DNA of 64,000 bases from a virus (Duplodnaviria > Caudoviricetes): the IMG/VR virus record IMGVR_UViG_3300021387_000087. One strand, written 5' to 3'. A program made the translations under genes and the position numbers. Positions 1 to 9,180 of this stretch are shown here, one piece after another. Within the stretch, counting starts at the first letter, position 1. Each line of letters opens with the position of its first letter. The notes below the pieces were generated by a model, which was not told the DNA's origin, searched no databases, and worked only from the letters and a program-made list of their open reading frames with translations.

Positions 1-1190
1 TCTGTAGTATCGGAAATTCCTTTGACCCAATTAAAACTAACTTTTACATATGTTCCCTCAGAATCATCTACATTAGCACTATTAACTCTTTGCGCTGTTA
101 AATTGTTTAATTGTGGAGCTGTATAAACAGATTTCCATTGAGCATATAACGCAACAGCGGCATTTGTGGTATAAGTGGCGCCCGGCGCATAAGAAACACC
201 TGTTCCTGATGCGCTAGTATTCCAGTTAACGAAAGCGTAATCTGTTCTTGTGGGAATCCCTCTTCGTAATGTTAAATCAGTTCCATAGGTTTTAGTCTGA
301 TTGCTAGGCGCACCAGAGCCGCCATTAGAATGATACGTCACTGAGTACGTATTGATAGTCCATTGTGCATATAAGGTTAGAGCTGAATTTCCTTGATATG
401 TAGCACCCGGCGCATAATTTGTACCACTTCCATTAGACGCTGTATTCCACGTAGAAAATGTATAACCCGTTCGTGTGGGTCTAGTAGAAGAGAGGGTCAA
501 ATTTGTTCCGTATGTCTTGGACTGATTGCTTGGGGCACCTTGTCCACCATTCGCATTATAAGAAACGGTATAAGTATTAGCTGTCCATTTTGCGTATAAC
601 GCTAAATTAGCATTTCCTGTATAAGTTCCTCCAGACGCATAGTTTGTACCAGTTCCATTAGAAGCTGTATTCCACGTAGAAAAGGAATAACCCGGCCTTG
701 TCGGTTTTGTAGAAGACAGAGTGATATTTGTACCATGGGTCTTGGTCTGATTCCCCGGTGCTCCTGAACCACCATTTGCACTATATGAAACTGTATAAGT
801 AGGAAGTGCGGCAATCGTACAAGAGTAATATGCAGGTGAACTGTCTACTAACACATTTCCACCCCCACTTGGGTTTTTTATAACGCCGTCCCATTGCACA
901 TAAAAACTACGTGCTGATGTTAATCTTGAAACTGTTACAGTTTTTGACCCTACTGGGAAGTGTTCCCATTGACTTTTCTCGTTTGTAAAACTTTTGGAAT
1001 AAGACTTCCATTCAAAATTACCCTGAAGCTGGCCACTAACATTATAAGCGGTTGAACGATAGGGAATTTTATTAACAGCCTGAATACCAAAAACAATATT
1101 AAACACATAATTAGTCGCGTTTACTGTAACTGTAACTGATATATATGGACGTTCGTCCTGTGCTCCTACACCGCCATAAACTGTAGACAT
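1..1190 (-). CDS. Tail-associated/adhesin-like protein with three Listeria-Bacteroides (InlB B-repeat-like) domains; runs off the window edge
   Basis: ATG at 1190 after AAGGAGGTG. Manual translation MSTVYGGVGAQDERP..., then three ~75-aa repeats of the form TYTVSY.ANGG.GAP.NQ.KT.GT..TL....PTR.GY.F..WNT...G.G..YA.G.TY..N....LYAQW, spaced 225 bp apart. Missing from the ORF track because no stop is in the window. Confidence 0.8.
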   Translation of the reverse strand, partial: MSTVYGGVGAQDERPYISVTVTVNATNYVFNIVFGIQAVNKIPYRSTAYNVSGQLQGNFEWKSYSKSFTNEKSQWEHFPVGSKTVTVSRLTSARSFYVQWDGVIKNPSGGGNVLVDSSPAYYSCTIAALPTYTVSYSANGGSGAPGNQTKTHGTNITLSSTKPTRPGYSFSTWNTASNGTGTNYASGGTYTGNANLALYAKWTANTYTVSYNANGGQGAPSNQSKTYGTNLTLSSTRPTRTGYTFSTWNTASNGSGTNYAPGATYQGNSALTLYAQWTINTYSVTYHSNGGSGAPSNQTKTYGTDLTLRRGIPTRTDYAFVNWNTSASGTGVSYAPGATYTTNAAVALYAQWKSVYTAPQLNNLTAQRVNSANVDDSEGTYVKVSFNWVKGISDTT

Positions 1191-1209
1191 ATATCATCAC
1201 CTCCTTCTT

Positions 1210-4200
1210 TTAATTCATTATTTTCAATGACAAATGACCATTGGTTCTCATAACCCAACCAATTTGTCCTATTGTTTCACCAGTTTCTGCGTTTGTTGTT
1301 TGCATTAATAAATTAGTTATACTTGCTGTAGGAATATTCATCTGATTTTGTGACATATAAGCAGTTTCGTTAGCATCAACCCAAAATCCTAACTTGTTAG
1401 ATTCTATCAACAGATAATTTCTATCATTTGTTGCTAATTTAATAGACGGGACTTCAGGATCAATTTGAATATATTTTTGAGTGTTTTCAATAACTTCTGC
1501 ATTTTGCTCTATTGCTTGAGCATTTAAATCAATATTTTCATTTAATCCTTCTAACTCGCTTCGCAAATCTTTTTCTGTACCATTGCTGTGGAAAGATATA
1601 CTGTCCGCAACTATACGTAATGAATCAGCTTTAGCGTCATTATCAGTATCTTCAAAGGCAATATAAGTTGTATCGTTGCCTATCTTATATGGAGTTTCAT
1701 CATCAAAAGTAATTCCAAGACTACTATAATGCGCTAATTCTTTCTGGTCTTCCCTGATCGTTACTGCGTCATCTCCAACGAGCACATGATTCCCGCTTTC
1801 TTTTCCTATTCGAATAAAAGGCAGTGAAAATTCACCTTCCTCAACTTTATCGAACCACATTTTAATATAACTTACACCGTTTTTTAATAGTTCAAGCGTA
1901 CTGCCAATTGACCAGCCTGTATTTTTTTGACCAACAGGATGTACCATAATACCATCTTCATTTTGTTCGGTTTCATATTCATCAATGTAAGCGGAAACTA
2001 TATCGTCAGACATATTCCACGCTTGACCATCAAAATAAAACGTTCTGATTGCACCAGCGTGCCAATTAAAACGACTATTAACCTTTAAAACATCACCATT
2101 AACCAGCAATGGCTTTTGTGTTATATTCGCAACATTAAAAACGGTATTATCTGAAGTGTTAGAGTACATAAAATCAACCGTGATAGTTGTACCCTTACAT
2201 ATAACGGCTTCCGCACATTCTATTACTTTTTCAGGAATTTCTTCAGTGACAGAACATATTCCATATAAAGAATAAGGCGCATTCTGTAACACCCAATAAG
2301 TTCCATCATATACAAATTCCATCTGCGCATCTTCTGCCCATAACAACTGATTGGATTCAGACACTATAGCTTGATTAATTAATATTTGTTTTGCTCCCGT
2401 ATTATTCACATTAAGAGAGGGCACATTAGTGGAATTCGCATTTTCAAAAGCTACTTGTATTCTTACGCCATCAAATAAAATAAAGTTCTCACATACGACT
2501 TCTTTAAGTGGTGTATCTGCAGCAGTTGAACACGTTCCATAAACCGCTGTTGCTAAATTCTTAGCTTGATCTATATCTGCTTGTGTATCTTCTGGTGCGG
2601 GCGTCCAGTCTGTAGACCTGTTCCCCTTTTCAACCTTTATATTAGTAAAGCGCCCTTGTTTAATAGTTCCATCCATAATGCCTATCATAACGTTTATTGT
2701 GTCTACAGTGTATGTACTATGAGTTGGCACTGTAAAAGTGTGAGAAAATCTGGTGATTGCTTCTGTAAGAGGAAATCTTTGTATAGCCTGTGAAAGATTA
2801 GCTCCACCCTCTGTTGATCTATAATGCAACCACACTACAGCGTTACCTTCACCTTCAATTAATTGAGCATCAAATGAAATTGTTATTTCGTCTCCTGAAG
2901 CTATTTGCATAGGATCAGCAGTTGTTTTTTTGCCCAGTTCCCAACTAAAGCCACCGTAAGTTTTATCTGTACCCATTGTTACATGTGCCCAATTTTTATT
3001 TTCAATATTTTCATCTATTGTAACAGTAGCACCAGCCCAAATGCTCCACTTATTTAACTGGTCTCTAAAGTTACTGTTCCTTTTGTAATTCCTACCACCA
3101 ACTTCAATTTTATCAATAGCAGCTTGATAATCCGTAACTTTAACCCATTTACTACCATCATATCTATAGCTACTTCCGTCTGTAGCGTCTACAAGATAAT
3201 CACCAGTCTCTACACCAGTATAAGTACCAGATGTGGTGCCATAAAAGATTGTTGATTTGCTATCAACTTTATCAAACAACTCCCCTGATGCAGAATATAC
3301 TGACCACGTATTATTTGAACCATTGTATCTGTATACATTATCTTTTATATATGTTGATGTAGTTGTACCTGTGTAATACCAAAGATCTCCATCGTGAGCC
3401 ATTTTTAATTCCGTAGTAGTCCAAGATAATGCAGGATTAGTTGATTGATAAAAAGTTTGAATTTTTTCGTCTATTTGTGATTGAAGGTCTGTACGGAGAG
3501 TAGAAATTTCTTGTTCTACATCTTCAGGGGCGGGAGACCAGTCTGTTGCTTTATTACCTTTTTCAACTTTTAAATTAGAAATCCTGAAAAAATTATTTGT
3601 ACCATAATCAGAATAAAACTCAAGATAGTCATGTGGAAGACTCGGTGATTCTCTGTCAGTTATAGTAGATACAAATGTAATACGTTCATCTATTATATCA
3701 CCGACTTGATAAGAAGTGCCTGATAATATATTGGTATATATACAAGTTTGATGCACTCCTTTGTTATTACTATTATATACAGCAAGTTTTGGTTTTGCTG
3801 TACGTACTACCATATAAAGATCAAAAGATATACAAATATCATCATTGTTATTTAATGGTAGTGCACATCCTAAATCAAAATAGGCATATTCATTTCTTGA
3901 ACCATCAGCTGATTCTGTTTTATCTATAATAACACCTTTTGTATTTCTTGCTAAATTACGTCCACCAATTTGAATATTATCAATAGCAGTTTTATAATCA
4001 GTTACTTTAACCCAAGCACCATTATTCCAACGATAACTACTTCCATCTGTACTATCTACTAAATAATCTCCTTCTTCAGCAGAGGTTACGCTACTCGTTG
4101 TCCCATAATAAATAGCACTCTTACCATCAATTTTATCAAACAAATCAGGATTAGCTGAATATGCAGACCATACATTAGTTTCACCATTATATTGATAGGT

Positions 4201-6570
4201 TGTATTATTTTTATAAGTAGTGCCAGATTCACCAATATAATACCAAAGATCACCAGTATGATTCGGTCTTTCTTCCGCAGTCCAAGAATTTGCGGGATTA
4301 GTCTTTTGACACCATGTTTCGACCTTACTGTCAATTTGTGTTTCTAAAGATGTCTTTAATGAATTGATATTTTGTAATGTTTGTGCTTTATCATATAAAA
4401 TAAATTCACCATTATAAAACATATAAGCAGGATTCTCTGTACTTAACCATACTTGATAGCTACTATATGCCATACCTACATATACATACACTTTTCCATC
4501 TGCATAAGTCGGTTCTGTTTGTGTATACCATTGACCAACATCTAAATGAAATAATCCATCATTCTCAATAGTTCCTACTATATAAACAGGATGTTGTGTT
4601 GTTAACGTACTTGCGCAATTTGTTGAATATCTTAAATCAACAGGATAAGCATCATAAATAGTTGACGTATTCATTCCTAATTTATAATTATAATATGTAT
4701 CAAGAGAACTATTTGAGGTTTGCGCACCTGCCCCTGCACTATATAAAATTTTACCAAGTATAAATCCACCCGTATAAACAGGTTTTCCAGTGTTTGTTGT
4801 TTTATATGCTCCAGAATAAAAACAAGACCATGTATTTTCACTATCTTTCATAATAAGGTTATACCCTTTAATTCCATTAGTTCCTGCCTTTACATTATTA
4901 CTATATTGAGTATAACTAGTATTTTGATAATAACTTGCATTTGCAAAAAATCCTCTTACAATGGCGGATCCCCCTGTCGTTTCTGTAGCATTTGAAAGCA
5001 AATTTTCTCGATAAGTAAAATCAATTGCTGTACCTGCTCCATAATGAGTAGTCAATCTTGCAGTTTGAGAATAGTAACAAGGAATCCATTCAGACTTAGT
5101 TCCATCTGGATATATTAATCTTAAATAAACATTACTGTTTGATGATGTATCATCCCAGCCAACTAATTCACTTGTTTGTGTTGAATTAACAACATTTCCA
5201 TAAGAATAAGTAACAGTAATTTTTTGACCATCTTCTAATCTATTAAAAGGTACAGAAGTTTCCCACATACGAGAACGGTTTTTATTAACTACAGTAGTAC
5301 TAACATCTGCTTTATTTAAACTATCAGCAATCGTATCAACATTAGTAATATCTCCTACTTCATTACCAAATAGCATACCGGGAGCAGGATAAAAATGTTT
5401 ACTTACCTTATCATATAAACCTGTTATACCATCCGCTTTTCTTATTGAACCAACTAAATCAACCGCAAGAGTATCACCATCATAAAATTTAAGTGAATAT
5501 ATTCGTGTACTAGAAGGTTCAGTTATATTTCCTGTACTTGTTCGTCTTAAACCTTCATAAAGACCAAAAACAGCCATATTACAATAAGGTTTTGTGGTAT
5601 TTTCATCTACTCTTGTAACGGTAGCAGTTGTACCATCAGTTTTTGTTACAGTAGTACCTTGAAGTTTAATAGTTTGTCTGGAATGATCCGTTTTAAAACC
5701 AGTAGCTATAGTAGTGCCATTTCCAATTCTTAACAAACCAGTATTATAAGAAGATAATTGACAGTTATTAACACCGCTAGCATTTCTAACGCCAAAAATT
5801 GTACCATAACCATTTACATTTGTAGATTCATTCCATGCACCTGTGCTAGTATTAACAGCATTTCGGCTAATAAAGTCTATCTCAAAGCCCCATGTTTTAA
5901 TTGGCGGTTTCCAATCTAAATATACGTATTGTTTACCAGTAGATTCTACCCATTCAACTTCTTTATAAGGCGGTTCTACTGTACCAACCCCATCATTCAC
6001 AATAGGAATAGTTATATGGTCTAATAATACTGTGAGACCTCCTGCCTGATACAATGAACATTTAATAAGCGCAGTATTTTCAGGTATTGTAAATGTAACG
6101 GAAGATTCATCAACCCCTGTTCCAGATGTAGGATAAACTATTACCCAAGTAACCTTATCAGTAGTTACTTCAATTTTAAATCTACCTGCATATGGTGTAA
6201 CCGCGCTAGTTCCTTGTTTAAATATTGCAGAAAAAGTAATTGTAGGGGTAGATAGTTCTCCTGTTTCTGATTTAGTTACAATAGTATCAGACGCATTTAA
6301 TTTGTATGAGTAAGCGGAAGTACCTGTCGCACCTTGCTGTCCTGTAATATTTACAGGATCAGATTCTGAATAATACGACCCATTATCAAGTTTTCCCTCA
6401 TATGTTGTTCTAATCTTTTGCCAAACGTATCTTCCATCGACCCATGTAGGTTTTGTGGTAGACCACGAACCGCCAGTTTGAGTTGTTGGACTCGTTGACT
6501 GATAATAATATACTTCTATTTTTGTTATAGTATTATAAGAAGTAAGAGTAGTTGAACCATAAGTTATCAT
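1210..6570 (-). CDS. Large modular tail fibre / receptor-binding protein
   Basis: 1793-aa ORF; likely start MITYG at 6570 after GAAAGGGA. Contains YYYQSTSPTTQTGGSWSTTKP, two IGGRN/VGGRN...KVEKGN..TDW.PAPED modules and two YG.CS...YDG..W repeats, typical of siphophage tail fibres. Lies at the end of the tail module. Confidence 0.8.
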   Translation of the reverse strand: MITYGSTTLTSYNTITKIEVYYYQSTSPTTQTGGSWSTTKPTWVDGRYVWQKIRTTYEGKLDNGSYYSESDPVNITGQQGATGTSAYSYKLNASDTIVTKSETGELSTPTITFSAIFKQGTSAVTPYAGRFKIEVTTDKVTWVIVYPTSGTGVDESSVTFTIPENTALIKCSLYQAGGLTVLLDHITIPIVNDGVGTVEPPYKEVEWVESTGKQYVYLDWKPPIKTWGFEIDFISRNAVNTSTGAWNESTNVNGYGTIFGVRNASGVNNCQLSSYNTGLLRIGNGTTIATGFKTDHSRQTIKLQGTTVTKTDGTTATVTRVDENTTKPYCNMAVFGLYEGLRRTSTGNITEPSSTRIYSLKFYDGDTLAVDLVGSIRKADGITGLYDKVSKHFYPAPGMLFGNEVGDITNVDTIADSLNKADVSTTVVNKNRSRMWETSVPFNRLEDGQKITVTYSYGNVVNSTQTSELVGWDDTSSNSNVYLRLIYPDGTKSEWIPCYYSQTARLTTHYGAGTAIDFTYRENLLSNATETTGGSAIVRGFFANASYYQNTSYTQYSNNVKAGTNGIKGYNLIMKDSENTWSCFYSGAYKTTNTGKPVYTGGFILGKILYSAGAGAQTSNSSLDTYYNYKLGMNTSTIYDAYPVDLRYSTNCASTLTTQHPVYIVGTIENDGLFHLDVGQWYTQTEPTYADGKVYVYVGMAYSSYQVWLSTENPAYMFYNGEFILYDKAQTLQNINSLKTSLETQIDSKVETWCQKTNPANSWTAEERPNHTGDLWYYIGESGTTYKNNTTYQYNGETNVWSAYSANPDLFDKIDGKSAIYYGTTSSVTSAEEGDYLVDSTDGSSYRWNNGAWVKVTDYKTAIDNIQIGGRNLARNTKGVIIDKTESADGSRNEYAYFDLGCALPLNNNDDICISFDLYMVVRTAKPKLAVYNSNNKGVHQTCIYTNILSGTSYQVGDIIDERITFVSTITDRESPSLPHDYLEFYSDYGTNNFFRISNLKVEKGNKATDWSPAPEDVEQEISTLRTDLQSQIDEKIQTFYQSTNPALSWTTTELKMAHDGDLWYYTGTTTSTYIKDNVYRYNGSNNTWSVYSASGELFDKVDSKSTIFYGTTSGTYTGVETGDYLVDATDGSSYRYDGSKWVKVTDYQAAIDKIEVGGRNYKRNSNFRDQLNKWSIWAGATVTIDENIENKNWAHVTMGTDKTYGGFSWELGKKTTADPMQIASGDEITISFDAQLIEGEGNAVVWLHYRSTEGGANLSQAIQRFPLTEAITRFSHTFTVPTHSTYTVDTINVMIGIMDGTIKQGRFTNIKVEKGNRSTDWTPAPEDTQADIDQAKNLATAVYGTCSTAADTPLKEVVCENFILFDGVRIQVAFENANSTNVPSLNVNNTGAKQILINQAIVSESNQLLWAEDAQMEFVYDGTYWVLQNAPYSLYGICSVTEEIPEKVIECAEAVICKGTTITVDFMYSNTSDNTVFNVANITQKPLLVNGDVLKVNSRFNWHAGAIRTFYFDGQAWNMSDDIVSAYIDEYETEQNEDGIMVHPVGQKNTGWSIGSTLELLKNGVSYIKMWFDKVEEGEFSLPFIRIGKESGNHVLVGDDAVTIREDQKELAHYSSLGITFDDETPYKIGNDTTYIAFEDTDNDAKADSLRIVADSISFHSNGTEKDLRSELEGLNENIDLNAQAIEQNAEVIENTQKYIQIDPEVPSIKLATNDRNYLLIESNKLGFWVDANETAYMSQNQMNIPTASITNLLMQTTNAETGETIGQIGWVMRTNGHLSLKIMN

Positions 6571-6590
6571 ATTAATTTCCCTTTCTTCCA

Positions 6591-6620
6591 TAAAATGCTG
6601 ATAGTTGTATCAGCATTTTA
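6591..6620. terminator. Perfect 13-bp inverted repeat, terminator-like hairpin
   Basis: TAAAATGCTGATA-gttg-TATCAGCATTTTA between two tail genes. Confidence 0.55.
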
Positions 6621-6637
6621 AAATACTAATACAACTA

Positions 6638-9160
6638 TCAAATTTGAGCCTTTACGTCTGCAATAATTTTCTTTGAAATCAATGTACCGTCTACATAAAT
6701 TACTTTGCCCGATTTCTGAGTAGAACCATTAAATGTAGTTGCGTTACCAGAACTATCTCTGAAAGACCATGTATATTTTCCTTTTGGTAAATCATCGTCA
6801 CCAGCATCAGCCCATGCAGACCCAGTGTATTTCTTTAATACAACGGTTTTATGAGTAGAATCTAAATGATAATAAAATTCACCTGTTGTAGGATTACTTG
6901 GTGCCGCCGTTAAGAATCTATCAGATTTAAGGGGATCTAATTCCTGTCCAGTACCAGTATCAGTTACAATTACATAGAATGCACCAACACCTTGTCCATT
7001 GACAATTTGTTCTCCAAGTGAACAAAATGCTGTAGCCTGAATAGGATCAAGTCGGTCGATAAGAGAGTAATATGCTGTATATGTTACACTGCTGTATTTG
7101 CAAGTTGCTCTGAATGAAGCGAAGCCTTCGACTACAGAATTATTGACTGTCAGTTTTGAGCCATTAACATTATATCCTTCTGTTCCTGCGGCAATAGTAA
7201 CATAATCGGCTTGACTAACATCATATTTAGCCCATGTCCAATTACTTGCAGAAGAAGTTTTATCTGCTGAACCATCCATTAAACGTCCTTGAATTGTAAT
7301 ATTTTGCGATTCTCTACTTGTAAATACATCTCCACCAATAGTATATAATTCAAATAATTTAGCATTAACACCATTCGTAGCGGCTGTGCTACGTGTCCAT
7401 GTGTAGTTTTGTGTAATTTTTTTCCCTTCACAAGTAAAAGTAAGTGTTATAGTACCAGATGCGGCAGAAATACTTGTACTTGTAGTTAGATTATATCTTA
7501 CATGTCCTACTGCGGAAGCTGTAGCCTGTGCAACTGTAGGACTTACTTCACAAATCGCTGCTGGAGTATCTACAGTACATGCCACTTGAGTTGTACCTTT
7601 ATACCCAACAAAAGGAATATCAATAGTAAATGCGGCTTGTGGCTTATTTGCTGTTGTACAAGGAATTACGTCTGCATAATTACCCATAACTACGTTAATA
7701 GCATCTTTACCAGCATTACCATCTTCACCCTTATCTCCCTTTGCACCATCAGACGTAATAACAATAGTCTGCGTATCAAGAAGGGTAGTAGTACCGCCCG
7801 CTTTATATAATTCTACTGTGATATATCCATTAGTTGTGGCAGTTGCCATATTACTTGATGTTATAATATATGAAGATTCATCTTGTGTTGATGTGTATAT
7901 GGCAGTTGAACCAGATGTAATTTTAAAACGTCCAGTATAAGCCGCTCTTGCGTTATTACCTTCTTGACTGTACGCTTTAACGTTAACAGAAGATGGAGTA
8001 TATGTTACTGCGTCACTGCCGCTAGGTGTGGTTTTATTGATTGCGATTGAATCACACTCTACAGAATAAATAACAGGCGTCTTACCATCAGCACCTGCGG
8101 TCACCTTTACTAAAGAGAATACTTTGATAATATCGTCATAACCAGTTCTCTTACATGTAAAAGTTACCTTGCCTGTTAGCGCACTCATAGCAGTTACGGT
8201 AGCGGTATCGTTTGCTTTTGTTGTTGCAGACTTAGTAAATGTAACACCAGTTCCCGCACTTGTGATCGTCCAATTTTTTGTATCATCTGTGCCACCATTA
8301 TAAATAATAATCTGAGAAACAGCCCCATTAAAAGCGCCTGACACAGGAGTGCCCGCCGAATTACATGGGATCATTTGGTTCTCGTTTGTAAGAACTGCGG
8401 TCACCGCCTTATCACCCGGTGCACCATCCCTAAGTTTCGTAATACAATGTATATCATAAACGTTCGCATCGTTAGTAATTACTTGAATAGTCGCAACGTC
8501 ATTAATAAATAAATAATTATCAGACTCATTAACTACAAGTGTATCTCCTGTATCTGAGCCAGTAACTTTTGTCCAGTCTCCGTTAGCGTCTTTATACTGC
8601 CATTCTTGGATAGAAACATTATTTGTTTTTGCGGACAAAGTAATAATAGAATCGCTGACCAACGTACCATTTGTATTATATTTAAATACTGTATCACCAG
8701 AAATAATACAGGTTTTTGCAGAAGATGCCAGTTTTACGAGACTAAACGTGATCTGACCTTCTGCGGTTAATGTTTTTTGAGTTTCTGGTTCAACATATTC
8801 CACAGTGACTATATAACTAATCATAGTGGAAGTGGGTGTAAACTTATTGGCGTTTACCTTTAATGAACCATTAGATTGTTTTGTTTCGCCAGTTGTTAAG
8901 GCTGTAATATTTCCAGATCCTTCGCGCCTTTTCCATGTAATAGTTACACCAGTAGTAGATGAGGTCAAAGCAATATTGTTATAATAAATAACAGGTGTTA
9001 AAACTAAATTAGTTGAAGAAGTTCCCCAATTAGGCGTATAAGTATTTTGGTCTGGATCATATATAATTGACAAGGGCATATTACTAGTAGGATATACAGA
9101 TAATTGCCCAACGTCAGTAAGGTCTACTAGTGTTATTGAACCATATGTAACTTGTGCCAT
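6638..9160 (-). CDS. Tail/baseplate structural protein with repeated Ig-like beta modules
   Basis: 840 aa, T/S/G-rich; short collagen-like linkers (DGAPGD, GAKGDKGEDGNAGKD); repeated VLTNENQMIPC / VMGNYADVIPC modules; located between tail genes. Confidence 0.7.
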   Translation of the reverse strand: MAQVTYGSITLVDLTDVGQLSVYPTSNMPLSIIYDPDQNTYTPNWGTSSTNLVLTPVIYYNNIALTSSTTGVTITWKRREGSGNITALTTGETKQSNGSLKVNANKFTPTSTMISYIVTVEYVEPETQKTLTAEGQITFSLVKLASSAKTCIISGDTVFKYNTNGTLVSDSIITLSAKTNNVSIQEWQYKDANGDWTKVTGSDTGDTLVVNESDNYLFINDVATIQVITNDANVYDIHCITKLRDGAPGDKAVTAVLTNENQMIPCNSAGTPVSGAFNGAVSQIIIYNGGTDDTKNWTITSAGTGVTFTKSATTKANDTATVTAMSALTGKVTFTCKRTGYDDIIKVFSLVKVTAGADGKTPVIYSVECDSIAINKTTPSGSDAVTYTPSSVNVKAYSQEGNNARAAYTGRFKITSGSTAIYTSTQDESSYIITSSNMATATTNGYITVELYKAGGTTTLLDTQTIVITSDGAKGDKGEDGNAGKDAINVVMGNYADVIPCTTANKPQAAFTIDIPFVGYKGTTQVACTVDTPAAICEVSPTVAQATASAVGHVRYNLTTSTSISAASGTITLTFTCEGKKITQNYTWTRSTAATNGVNAKLFELYTIGGDVFTSRESQNITIQGRLMDGSADKTSSASNWTWAKYDVSQADYVTIAAGTEGYNVNGSKLTVNNSVVEGFASFRATCKYSSVTYTAYYSLIDRLDPIQATAFCSLGEQIVNGQGVGAFYVIVTDTGTGQELDPLKSDRFLTAAPSNPTTGEFYYHLDSTHKTVVLKKYTGSAWADAGDDDLPKGKYTWSFRDSSGNATTFNGSTQKSGKVIYVDGTLISKKIIADVKAQI

Positions 9161-9180
9161 ATTTTTAATTCCTTTCTATC

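Noticed and set aside
393-814. 68-aa (+) and 70-aa (-) ORFs in the track
   Set aside because: They overlap the real minus-strand repeat-protein gene starting at 1190 in another frame or strand
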